Below, piece after piece: positions 1 to 7,989 of a stretch of DNA of 32,000 nucleotides (positions within the stretch are counted from its first letter, which is position 1; each line of letters begins with the position of its first letter). The position numbers were made by a program, and so were the translations under genes. The notes below the pieces were generated by a model that worked only from the letters and a program-made list of their open reading frames with translations, did no database searches and was not told the origin of the DNA. Source of the DNA: Clostridiales bacterium (GTDB lineage Bacteria > Bacillota > Clostridia > Christensenellales > Aristaeellaceae); assembly GCA_004556155.1 (NCBI GenBank), contig SFIM01000002.1:15708-47707 (forward strand), read 5' to 3'.

Positions 1-168
1 ACAGCCGCAGCCGCAGCTGGACTGTATCCCTCCCTACAGGACGCAATGGCGCAGCTGTCGCAAAAGCAATTTATCCATTATCAGCCCAATATGGAAAACC
101 ATGCGCGCTATGCCCCGCTGTACGCGCGCTATCAGCAAATGCGCGCCTTCTATGCGCAAAAGCCCTGA
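1..168 (+). CDS. C-terminal fragment of an FGGY-family carbohydrate kinase (5' end lies outside the window)
   Basis: Frame 1 is open from base 1 to the TGA at 166-168. The translation TAAAAAGLYPSLQDAMAQLSQKQFIHYQPNMENHARYAPLYARYQQMRAFYAQKP resembles the conserved C-terminal tail of xylulokinase/glycerol-kinase-like FGGY kinases. Confidence 0.55.
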   Translation, partial: TAAAAAGLYPSLQDAMAQLSQKQFIHYQPNMENHARYAPLYARYQQMRAFYAQKP

Positions 169-198
169 CGCGCGCAGCCGGAAACGCAAGGATCTCCC

Positions 199-740
199 AT
201 GGATCGAGCCCATCTTGCCGCGCTTTTGAGTCCTTACGGCGTTAATCAATTCGAAAGTTTTCGTGTCGTCGATTCCTCCAAGCCAAACGATTATCGCCTG
301 AACATCATCGTCGATCGGGGCTATGTGGTGCGCATCAACGATCCGGTGATCACAGAGGAGCGCTGGGAGCAATTGACCGTCTGGCCGCGCGTTACCGCGC
401 AATCAATGTAAAAGCGCCCCGCCTGTTTCAAACCGCCGACGGCCTGTACCTGACGAAGGCCGGCGTCCATGTGTGCTATCTTTCCGAATACCTGGATTAC
501 CCAACGCTTTGGGAAATACAGGATCAACTCACCGCCGCCCAGCAGACCGCCGTCAGGCAAAGCGTATTGGCCTCCATCGGGCACTTGTCGCAGGCTTATT
601 CGGGCGTTGATCTGCAGCCCGTTTTCTCCATGTGGTCGATCATCGATCTTGCACCGCTGGATGTGGAAATCGACGAAAAGCAGGATAACCTGAGCCTCCT
701 GGTTCAGGCGTTGTGCGACGCGGGCGCTGGCCCTGATTGA
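199..740 (+). pseudogene. Frameshifted and C-terminally truncated remnant of a phosphotransferase (APH/choline-kinase-like fold) gene
   Basis: Two ORFs (199-411 in frame 1, 471-740 in frame 3) join into one sensible sequence if the frame slips by -1 near 375: ...VVRINDPVITEERWEQL/DRLAARYRAINVKAPRLFQTADGLYLTKAGVHVCYLSEYLDY. The N-lobe pattern matches the kinase-like phosphotransferase family. No H-x-D-xxxx-N catalytic loop follows before the stop at 740. Confidence 0.45.
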
Positions 741-771
741 GCGCATCGTCAGCCAGGAAATCTAATTATAC

Positions 772-813
772 AAAAGCTCCCTTACAGGCCGTGTGCCCAT
801 CAGGGAGCTTTTT
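772..813. terminator. Bidirectional intrinsic terminator between convergent genes
   Basis: Perfect 11-bp stem, AAAAGCTCCCT (772-782) with AGGGAGCTTTT (802-812), and a 19-nt loop. A-run and T-run flanks give a U-tract on either strand. Confidence 0.8.
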
Positions 814-832
814 CATATGCTGCATTTCTCTT

Positions 833-1678
833 TCACGCCTGCGCCTGCCAAATGCGCCGCATGGCCATTGCGTCGTCCGCCTGCGTGCCCTTGCTCTCGC
901 AGATCACCGTGCCGTCATAGCCCCGCGTATACAGCAGCGGAGCCAAGTTTTCAAAGCGCGGGCCGTACTTCTCCTCCGCAAAGGTATGGTGGCGCTTTTC
1001 GCCCGCCACTGTATACTCGATGGTAGAAAAATGCATGTGCATTTTTCGCGCGCGCTCCAAGCCCAGCACACTTTCGATGGTATCCAACACCGCCGCGAAA
1101 TCCGCCTGCGTATTCAGCGAACCGCCGCCCAGGGCATGCAGATGGGCAAAATCGATGCAGGGCAGCATGCGCTCGTCCAGCAGGCAGAAATCCAGCGTTT
1201 CGCGCAGATCGCCGATCTGGCTGTACTTGCCCATGGTTTCAGGGCAAAGGATGGTTTGCTCCAGCCCGATATCATCCAGCCTGCGATAGGCTTCAATCAA
1301 GCCCGCCCGACAATTGGTCAGCGCTTCCGAGCGTTCCATCTTCATGGCCGCGCCCACATGCACCACCACGCGCTGCCCGCCCAGCGCCACAGCCTTGCGC
1401 GCCGAGTCCAGGATATAGCGAAAGCTCGCCTCGCGCTTTTCCGGGTCGGGATTGGCCAGATTGATATAATAGGGGGCGTGCACGCTGACGGATATCCCCC
1501 ATCTTTCAGCCTGCGCGCAGATATCCGCCGCCGTATCATCCGACAGCGACACGCCGCGGCCAAAGGAATATTCATAGGCCGTCAGCCCCTGTGCGGCCAG
1601 CCACTCCGGGGCCTGGACGCTGGCCTTAAAGCCCTCGGCATAAAAGCGTTCGGCATTGCCTGCCGGTCCAAATCGCAT
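833..1678 (-). CDS. Endonuclease IV-like / xylose-isomerase-like TIM-barrel protein
   Basis: 281 aa. HAPYYINLANPD and VVVHVG segments are typical of AP endonuclease family 2 (Nfo-like) TIM barrels. GGAGGA Shine-Dalgarno (SD) lies 6 nt upstream of the ATG. Confidence 0.7.
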   Translation of the reverse strand: MRFGPAGNAERFYAEGFKASVQAPEWLAAQGLTAYEYSFGRGVSLSDDTAADICAQAERWGISVSVHAPYYINLANPDPEKREASFRYILDSARKAVALGGQRVVVHVGAAMKMERSEALTNCRAGLIEAYRRLDDIGLEQTILCPETMGKYSQIGDLRETLDFCLLDERMLPCIDFAHLHALGGGSLNTQADFAAVLDTIESVLGLERARKMHMHFSTIEYTVAGEKRHHTFAEEKYGPRFENLAPLLYTRGYDGTVICESKGTQADDAMAMRRIWQAQA

Positions 1679-1706
1679 GGTATATCCTCCACAAAGTTAC
1701 TTTTGA

Positions 1707-2396
1707 TTATCGTTTTCCCATAATCTCATCGCGTATCAGCGCAATCGCATGCGTTTCGATACGGGAAATATAGGATCGAGAAATGCCCATCTTGCTCGCC
1801 ACCTCATGCTGCAAAAGCGGACGGCCGCCAAGCAGCCCATAGCGCATTTCCAGCACAGCCCGCTCGCGCTGCGGCAGCTTTTTCAGCGCCGAGCGCACCT
1901 GCTGCATATTCATGTGGCGGATAGCCGCATCCTCCACCATATCCCCCGGCGTGCCCAGGATATCCTGGAAGGAGATATCGTTGCCTTCACCGTCCATGCC
2001 GATGGGATCGGTCAGGGATACGTCGTTTCGGCGCTTCTTGGCCGCACGCAGCTGCATGAGCACTTCGTTTTCAATGCAGCGGGCGGCATAGGTGGACAGC
2101 GGCGTTTTCGCATCGGGCTTATAGGTATTCACCGCCTTGATCAGCCCCAGCGTGCCCACCGACACCAAATCGTCCTGCGTCAGGCCGGGCACGGTATATT
2201 TGCGCACCACATGGGCAACCAGGCGTAGATTATGCTCGATCAGCCGTGCGCGGGCGGTCTCATCCCCCGCCTGCATGGCGGCAAGCGCCTGCGCCTCCTC
2301 CTGGCGCGGCAAGGGCTTTGGAAAGCTGCCGCCGCCCGATAAATGTCCAAGCAGCAGCAGTGCGTCGCGAATCAGACACCATAAGAATCCCAGCAT
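1707..2396 (-). CDS. sigK: Sporulation sigma factor pro-sigma-K
   Basis: MLGFLW...SFPKPLPRQEE pro-sequence followed by LIEHNLRLVAHVVRKY, TYAARCIENEVLMQLR, DVSLTDPIGMDGEGNDISFQDIL and ISRSYISRIE, which track B. subtilis SigK closely. Start is moved to the internal ATG at 2396 (AGGGGGTG SD 8 nt upstream). The longer ORF start at 2444 would overlap the upstream gene and has no SD. The gene is uninterrupted. Confidence 0.85.
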   Translation of the reverse strand: MLGFLWCLIRDALLLLGHLSGGGSFPKPLPRQEEAQALAAMQAGDETARARLIEHNLRLVAHVVRKYTVPGLTQDDLVSVGTLGLIKAVNTYKPDAKTPLSTYAARCIENEVLMQLRAAKKRRNDVSLTDPIGMDGEGNDISFQDILGTPGDMVEDAAIRHMNMQQVRSALKKLPQRERAVLEMRYGLLGGRPLLQHEVASKMGISRSYISRIETHAIALIRDEIMGKR

Positions 2397-2414
2397 GTGC
2401 CACACCCCCTGCCC

Positions 2415-2442
2415 AGGGTATGCGGCAAAGCTGGGCAATATC
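2415..2442 (-). promoter_or_regulatory. Candidate sigma-E-type (mother-cell) promoter of sigK
   Basis: Minus strand reads GATATT-N14-CATACCCT. This matches the B. subtilis sigma-E pattern (ATAxx-N14-CATACAxT) with the exact 14-nt spacer and lies about 20 nt upstream of the sigK SD. Confidence 0.4.
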
Positions 2443-3667
2443 ACTGCGCCATCCGATGATTGCGGTTGGGACCGCGCAGATAATCGCCGTCCTCCGCAAT
2501 GAAATCAACAGGCAGCAGCACCTGCTGACCGGCAACCGACACAAAATCCAACCGCGTGCCGTCGGCAGCGCTGCGGATTTCCGTCACCGTAAAGGGCTTT
2601 GCACCCGCAGGCGTAAGCGTCTCGATCATATCGCCCACATGAAAGCGGTTTTTCACCTCGGCCAGCATGCAGCCGTCCCGCATGCCAAGTACGCGGCCGA
2701 CAAACTCCCGCGTTTGCGAAAAGCCTTCCGCGCCTGAGGCAGGCTGCGGCGTACCAAAATAAAAGCCGGTATTGCTGCTGCGATGGCTCACCTTGAGCAG
2801 CTCATCCTGCAATTCGGGCAGCGCCGCGCGGTACGCCGCCTCGCCCTGCGCAAGCAGATCCAGCGCACGGCGATATGCCTGCGTAACCGAGGCCACGTAG
2901 TAAGCCGTTTTCATGCGGCCCTCGATTTTAAGCGACGCAATGCCCGCATCCCGCATTTCGGGCAGGTGCGACAGCATATTGAGATCGTAGGCGGAAAAGA
3001 TATACGTGCCGCGCTCGTCCTCAAGCACGGGCATGGGCTCGTCCGGACGCTTGAGCTCCGTCACCGTATACTGCCAGCGGCAGGGCTGCGCGCAGGCGCC
3101 GCGATTGCCCCCGCGCCCGGCCAGATAATCGCTCATCATGCACCGACCCGAGTGCGCCATGCACATGGCCCCATGCACAAAAGCTTCCAGCTCCACCCTG
3201 GAATCCAGCCGCTCACGCAAGCAGGCGATGCGCGCCAGCGACAGCTCGCGGGACAGCACAATGCGCTCCGCGCCAAGCTGATCAAACAGGTTGGCCGCTT
3301 CCGCATTCATCACATTCGCCTGCGTGCTTACATGCAGCACAAGCTCAGGCACCTCGCGGCGAAGATAGGCAAACGCGCCCAGATCGCTGACGATGGCCGC
3401 GTCCACGCCCATCTGCGCCGCGCGGCGGGCGGATTGCCCCAGTTCGTCCAATTCATCATCGTAGGGCAGGATATTCAACGTCAGGTAGAATTTTTTGCCC
3501 TGCCCGTGCAGCAAATCCAGGGCTGTTTGCAATTCATCCCAGTCAAAATTGCCCGCGGCGGCGCGCAGGCCAAATTTTTTCAGCCCGCCATATACCGCGT
3601 CCGCGCCAAAGCGTGCGGCGGCGCGCAGCTGCTCCATGCCGCCCGCGGGCGACAGCAGTTCCATCAT
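2441..3667 (-). CDS. Peptidase U32 family protein (YrrN/YrrO, TrhP/RlhA-like)
   Basis: 408 aa. MELLSPAGG...GADAVY N-terminus, HVSTQANV, VLSRELS and FVHGAMCMAHSGRCMMS...ACAQPCRW cysteine motif are typical of U32 proteins. The position next to mltG matches the Firmicute yrrL-yrrNO neighbourhood. Confidence 0.85.
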   Translation of the reverse strand: MMELLSPAGGMEQLRAAARFGADAVYGGLKKFGLRAAAGNFDWDELQTALDLLHGQGKKFYLTLNILPYDDELDELGQSARRAAQMGVDAAIVSDLGAFAYLRREVPELVLHVSTQANVMNAEAANLFDQLGAERIVLSRELSLARIACLRERLDSRVELEAFVHGAMCMAHSGRCMMSDYLAGRGGNRGACAQPCRWQYTVTELKRPDEPMPVLEDERGTYIFSAYDLNMLSHLPEMRDAGIASLKIEGRMKTAYYVASVTQAYRRALDLLAQGEAAYRAALPELQDELLKVSHRSSNTGFYFGTPQPASGAEGFSQTREFVGRVLGMRDGCMLAEVKNRFHVGDMIETLTPAGAKPFTVTEIRSAADGTRLDFVSVAGQQVLLPVDFIAEDGDYLRGPNRNHRMAQ

Positions 3668-3670
3668 TGG

Positions 3671-4873
3671 TTATTTCGCTCCCGTCTTTTCATCGTATGC
3701 CTGCCACAGCGGCGCATAAATCTTCACCGCCGCCTCATGCTCCTCAAGCGTGCGGGAGAAGTACAGTTCGCCCGTCGCAGGATCCTTGGAGCAGAAATAG
3801 AGGTAGTTTTGCGCCGTAAAGGTTTCGTCCGGATACAGCGCAGCCTCAATCGCCGCAGCAGAGGGATTACAGATCGGTCCGGGCGGCAGACCCTTGTTGC
3901 GATAGGTGTTATAGGGCGAATCGACAGACAGATCGCTGTTGTTCAGGCTCATACGCTCGGTGCCAGTAACATATTTGATAGTCACGTCGCTCCCAAGAGC
4001 CATATTGATCTTCAGCCTGTTATGGAACACCGCGGAAACGCGGGCGAAGTCCGCCTGTTTTGCTTCCTTTTCAATCAGCGAAGCCAGGGTGATCACCTGA
4101 TCCATGGTCATGCCCAGCGCATCCGCACGGTCATGCCACTCATCCCGGAATACGGCCTCGGTCTGCGAAAGCAGCTTTTTGATTATCTCCTCCGGCGTTG
4201 CCGAAGTATAGATTTCATAGGTATTGGGCGACAGATAGCCTTCCAGCGCATAAATACGCTGGCTAAAATTGGCCGACGCGCGCACGTCGGCAATGTAATA
4301 GTAGGCGGAAAACTGCTCGCCCGTGCGGCACAGGCTGAGGAACTGCTCCTCATCGCTGATTACACCCTCGCGCTTCAGATAGGCGGCAATGCTCTGCACC
4401 GTCCAGCCTTCGATGATGGTAATCTTGCGCACCAGAGGTGTGCCGTCGCCACGCGTCAGCTGCTCGGCAATCTCGCGCAGGGTCATGGACGGCGACAGGG
4501 TGTAGGTGCCCGCCTGTATCTTTTGTCCATAGCCCAGGAAATCGGCGTAATACTTAAACACCGAACGGTTGCGCACCAGACCCGCGGCTTCCAGATTGTT
4601 GGCTACGCGGGTAAGCGAACTGCCGCTTTTCACCTCAAAGGTCACGGCCGCCGTGCTGGATGCATCCACAGGATCGACATAGCGCGCGCTGATGAAATGC
4701 CAGCCTGTGGCAAATATGCCCACCACGATGACCGTAACGCACAGAATCACCAAGATGGGACGAAGAATGTTCCACAGCCAGCTGTACCAGAATAACCCGT
4801 ATTCGCGCTCCTCGCGCAGCTGCTCGTAGCTGTATTCTTCCTGCGGCTCCTGCCGCCGCTGTCTCTTTTTCAA
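3671..4873 (-). CDS. mltG: Endolytic murein transglycosylase MltG (YceG family)
   Basis: N-terminal TM helix plus YceG motifs (ASLIEKEA, SPYNTYRNKGLPPGPICNPSAAAIEAALYP). A TTG start at 4873 is preferred because GGGAGGA lies 4 nt upstream. The ATG at 4918 would overlap the upstream gene by 32 nt. Confidence 0.85.
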   Translation of the reverse strand: MKKRQRRQEPQEEYSYEQLREEREYGLFWYSWLWNILRPILVILCVTVIVVGIFATGWHFISARYVDPVDASSTAAVTFEVKSGSSLTRVANNLEAAGLVRNRSVFKYYADFLGYGQKIQAGTYTLSPSMTLREIAEQLTRGDGTPLVRKITIIEGWTVQSIAAYLKREGVISDEEQFLSLCRTGEQFSAYYYIADVRASANFSQRIYALEGYLSPNTYEIYTSATPEEIIKKLLSQTEAVFRDEWHDRADALGMTMDQVITLASLIEKEAKQADFARVSAVFHNRLKINMALGSDVTIKYVTGTERMSLNNSDLSVDSPYNTYRNKGLPPGPICNPSAAAIEAALYPDETFTAQNYLYFCSKDPATGELYFSRTLEEHEAAVKIYAPLWQAYDEKTGAK

Positions 4874-4886
4874 GCTATCCTCCCGC

Positions 4887-5228
4887 TTACATGCCAGGCA
4901 TATCCAGCCCGGCCGCATCGCTCAGGGTTTTAAATACATCGGCCATCGTCTGCTGCAGGCGCATTTCCAGCAGCAGAAAGCGCGACGTGTTCTCCCCCGC
5001 AAACAGCAGCGCGCCGATTTGCTGGAAGCGCTGCGTGTCGTCATTGCTTACCTCCGCCCCCGCTACGGCGGCCAGCTGCAATTGCATTTGCAGCTTTTTG
5101 TATTCGCGCAGCAGGGCGCGGGCGGTTTCATCGCTTTCTATTTCCTGCCGCAGCTGGCGATAGGCGCGGCAATCCTCGCTTTCGCGGATCGCGCGGGCCA
5201 GCGCGTTGGCTTCATCGTATATCTGCAT
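4887..5228 (-). CDS. YlbF/YmcA/YheA-family (UPF0342) protein
   Basis: 113 aa helical protein whose pattern (YDEANALARAIRESEDCRAYRQLRQEIESDETARALLREYKKLQ...) resembles B. subtilis YheA/YlbF. AAAGGGGA SD lies upstream. Confidence 0.6.
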   Translation of the reverse strand: MQIYDEANALARAIRESEDCRAYRQLRQEIESDETARALLREYKKLQMQLQLAAVAGAEVSNDDTQRFQQIGALLFAGENTSRFLLLEMRLQQTMADVFKTLSDAAGLDMPGM

Positions 5229-5278
5229 TGTATCCCCTTTCCGCGCGCCGCATGCGCGCGTCGATTATAAAGCAAATA

Positions 5279-5304
5279 CCGGCGGAGAAAAATCTCCCCG
5301 CCGG
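5279..5304 (-). terminator. Intrinsic terminator downstream of rnj
   Basis: Minus strand reads CCGGCGGGGAGA-TTTT-TCTCCGCCGG followed by TATTTGCTTTA. It begins 18 nt after the rnj stop. Confidence 0.6.
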
Positions 5305-5321
5305 CATTATAACACATGCTG

Positions 5322-6986
5322 TTAGCCCAAGTCCACAATGATGGGCAAAATCATGGGATTGCGCTTGATCTTATCGTAGATGTAGCGATGCAGCTCATCC
5401 TTGATGCGGTTCTTAATGCTGGGCCAGTCGCTGCCCTCGATGCGGCCGTAGCTGGCGATGATGTTGCGCACGGTGTTGCGGATGCCCTCGATGATATCCT
5501 CGTTTTCGCGCACATAGACAAAGCCGCGGCTGATGACGTCCGGGCCGGACACCAGCATGCAGTTGGTGCGGTCAAAGGCCATGGCCACGATAATCAGGCC
5601 GTCCTGAGACAGATGCTTGCGGTCGCGCAGCACCACATTGCCCACATCGCCGATACCCAGGCCATCCACCAGCACGGTGCCCGTGGGCACCTCGCCCGCG
5701 ATGCTTACACCCGAAGCGCCCAGCTCGATCACCTGGCCAATTTCGGGCAGGATGATATTCTGCCTGGGCATGCCCATGGACTCGGCCAGCTCACCATGCT
5801 GCCACAGCATGCGGTATTCACCGTGCACGGGAATCAGATACTTAGGCTTTACCAGGGTGTGCATCAGCTTGATTTCTTCCTGGCAGGCATGGCCGGAAAC
5901 GTGCACCTCGGCCATGGCGTCGTAGATAACCTCCGCGCCGCAGCGATACAGCTGGTTGATCACGCGGGAGACGAACACCTCGTTGCCCGGAATGGGCGAG
6001 GCGCTGATGATGATCTTATCGGATTGCTTGATCTGCAGCTTGCGGTGCTCAGAGAAGGCCATGCGGGTCAGGCCGCTCATGGGTTCGCCCTGGCTGCCAG
6101 TGGTCAGCACCACCAGCTCGTCGTCGCGATACTTATCCAGATCGTCGATATCAATCAGCGAGCCATCGGGAATGCGCAGCTCGCCCAGCTCCATGGCCAC
6201 GGCGGTCACATTGACCATGCTGCGTCCCACAAAGCACACCTTGCGGTGATAGTGCACCGCGCAGTCCACCACCTGCTGCAGGCGGAAGACGTTGCTGGAG
6301 AACATGGCGATAATCACGCGGCCGCGGGCGTTATTGATCTGCTCATAAAAGGTATCGGCCACCTTGCGCTCGCTCATGGTGTAGCCGGGGCGCTCGATGT
6401 TGGTGCTTTCGCACAGCAGCGCCAGCACCCCTTTGCTGCCGATGGCGGCCAGGGTGGTCAGATCGGTCACTTCGCCGTCGATGGGCGTGTAGTCCACCTT
6501 GAAGTCGCCCGAGCACACAACCGTACCAATGGGGCAGGTGATGGCCAGCGCGAACGCGCCGGGGATGGAGTGGTTGACCTTGATAAAGCGAACGGTGAAG
6601 CAGCCCAGCTGAATCACCTGCCGCGCCTCCACCGTATTGAGCGGCACGCCGCTGACATGGTGTTCGCGCAGTTTGTTTTCAATCAGCGCCAGCGTCAGGC
6701 GCGAACCGTACAGGGGCGCGGGCACCTGCGATACCACATAGGGCACCGCGCCGATATGATCCTCATGACCATGCGTAAACACATAGCCGCGGACACGTTC
6801 TTTGTTTGCCACCAGATAGCTGGCGTCGGGGATCACCAGGTCGATGCCCAGCATATCGTCCTTGGGGAACATGGAACCGCAATCGACAACGATAATATCC
6901 CGGTCATACTCAAAGACCGTCATATTTTTGCCGATTTCATCCACGCCTCCAAGGGGAATGATCCTCAGTTTTGGAGTATTTGCCAT
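5322..6986 (-). CDS. rnj: Ribonuclease J
   Basis: 554 aa. Beta-lactamase/beta-CASP signature THGHEDHIGA with the N-terminus KLRIIPLGGVDEIGKNMTVFEY, collinear with RNase J1/J2. Confidence 0.92.
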   Translation of the reverse strand: MANTPKLRIIPLGGVDEIGKNMTVFEYDRDIIVVDCGSMFPKDDMLGIDLVIPDASYLVANKERVRGYVFTHGHEDHIGAVPYVVSQVPAPLYGSRLTLALIENKLREHHVSGVPLNTVEARQVIQLGCFTVRFIKVNHSIPGAFALAITCPIGTVVCSGDFKVDYTPIDGEVTDLTTLAAIGSKGVLALLCESTNIERPGYTMSERKVADTFYEQINNARGRVIIAMFSSNVFRLQQVVDCAVHYHRKVCFVGRSMVNVTAVAMELGELRIPDGSLIDIDDLDKYRDDELVVLTTGSQGEPMSGLTRMAFSEHRKLQIKQSDKIIISASPIPGNEVFVSRVINQLYRCGAEVIYDAMAEVHVSGHACQEEIKLMHTLVKPKYLIPVHGEYRMLWQHGELAESMGMPRQNIILPEIGQVIELGASGVSIAGEVPTGTVLVDGLGIGDVGNVVLRDRKHLSQDGLIIVAMAFDRTNCMLVSGPDVISRGFVYVRENEDIIEGIRNTVRNIIASYGRIEGSDWPSIKNRIKDELHRYIYDKIKRNPMILPIIVDLG

Positions 6987-7188
6987 AGCTTCCCTCTTTC
7001 TTCATTCAGAACGGAAAGGCGGAAACACACTTTTCCGCTTTTCACCGTTCTCAGCAGTAAATCATTTATAAAGTTCAGCTTAATCACACAAGCTGATCAA
7101 TTCTAAGCCAAGCATACCACAAAATATGGTGGAATGCTATATCAAAAGTGACGAATTTAAGCTTTGTTTTCTTGTAAATGCGCACTCA

Positions 7189-7515
7189 TTATTCCTGCAT
7201 GGGCAGGCCCAGCAGATCGTAAATATCTTCTTTTTCCACAACGCCCACGCTGCGGCGCACCTCGGCGCCGTTTTCAAATACAATCAGCGTAGGAATAGAC
7301 GCCACGCGATAGCGACGCGCAAGCTCCATTTCTTCATCCACATTGACCTTGCCCACAACGGCGCGGCCTTCGGTTTCATCAGCCACCTCTTCTACCGTGG
7401 GAGCCAGCATGCGGCAGGGCATGCACCAAGTCGCCCAGAAATCCACCAGCACAGGCTTTTCACTGGCCAGCACTTCAGTTTCAAAATTGGCCGTGGTAAA
7501 CTTTTTTTCGCTCAT
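7189..7515 (-). CDS. trxA: Thioredoxin with atypical WCMPC active site
   Basis: 108 aa. [25 protein letters not shown] and [10 protein letters not shown] are the classic Trx fold landmarks. The Gly of the canonical WCGPC is replaced by Met (TGC ATG CCC TGC read directly). Confidence 0.9.
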   Translation of the reverse strand: MSEKKFTTANFETEVLASEKPVLVDFWATWCMPCRMLAPTVEEVADETEGRAVVGKVNVDEEMELARRYRVASIPTLIVFENGAEVRRSVGVVEKEDIYDLLGLPMQE

Positions 7516-7521
7516 TGATTA

Positions 7522-7941
7522 TTATTCATTCCTTTCCGTATTGGAACGATGTGCGGCAATCACTGTAGGCCGCCATTTGGGACTGCGGCGAAGGCTTTTT
7601 TCCGCCAGCTTGGCCGCCAGATAGCCGATCGCCAGCCCGGCCAAGGCCGTCAAAAGCGTCAGCGCATCGGAAAGCCCCAGCGCAGAGCCTGCCAGCAAGC
7701 CCAGAAGCAGCGTGCACAGCGGCAGCGCGTAGGCAAGCAGCGTGGCCTTAAAAGCCTGCGACTCGCGCACCTCCACCTCCACCGTATCGCCCACCTCAGC
7801 CTGACCGAACACCGTCAGCAGCTCATGCTTGGGCAAAAAACCGCGCGAGCAGCCCCGGCAGCCGGCGCAATGTTCGGGCGTTTCAAAGCACACACGAAGC
7901 ATGTCGCCCTTTTTTAATTTCACAATACCGGTTCTTACCAT
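7522..7941 (-). CDS. RseC/MucC-family (SoxR-reducing-system-like) membrane protein
   Basis: 139 aa. N-terminal beta domain with Cys cluster HCAGCRGCS, then two TM helices, as in RseC. GAGGAG SD lies 6 nt upstream. Confidence 0.65.
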   Translation of the reverse strand: MVRTGIVKLKKGDMLRVCFETPEHCAGCRGCSRGFLPKHELLTVFGQAEVGDTVEVEVRESQAFKATLLAYALPLCTLLLGLLAGSALGLSDALTLLTALAGLAIGYLAAKLAEKSLRRSPKWRPTVIAAHRSNTERNE

Positions 7942-7980
7942 GCAGCGCTCCTCACATCGTTAACAGCAGTATTCCCAGAT

Positions 7981-7989
7981 ATTATATCA
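7981..7989 (-). promoter_or_regulatory. Candidate extended -10 promoter for rseC-trx
   Basis: Minus strand reads TGATATAAT (TGnTATAAT). The TGA within it is the spoIIIAH stop codon. It lies about 40 nt upstream of the rseC-like ATG. Confidence 0.4.

Noticed and set aside
737-1723. 328-aa plus-strand ORF. The same reasoning applies to 12754-13812 (+), 14886-15701 (-), 20043-20846 (-), 21254-21997 (-), 22347-22991 (-), 23538-24641 (+), 26404-27282 (+) and 29381-30202 (-).
   Set aside because: Every one is antisense to a gene with clear family motifs, lacks an SD and shows the mirrored composition expected of GC-rich shadow frames.
2783-4795. 670-aa ORF on the plus strand, the longest in the window
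   Set aside because: It runs antisense across the U32 and mltG genes, which have clear family motifs. The product is Arg/Ala/His/Gln-rich and low in complexity, with no recognisable motif and no SD. This is a typical shadow ORF in GC-rich DNA.
5229-5278. Promoter for the ylbF-like-mltG-U32 operon (TATAAT on the minus strand, complement of 5264-5269)
   Set aside because: The -10 is good, but the -35 position falls within the rnj terminator stem and reads TTTTCT. That is too weak to report as a feature.
5316-7106. 596-aa plus-strand ORF
   Set aside because: It is exactly antisense to RNase J. The composition is biased (His/Ala/Gly/Asp-rich) and there is no start context. Shadow ORF.
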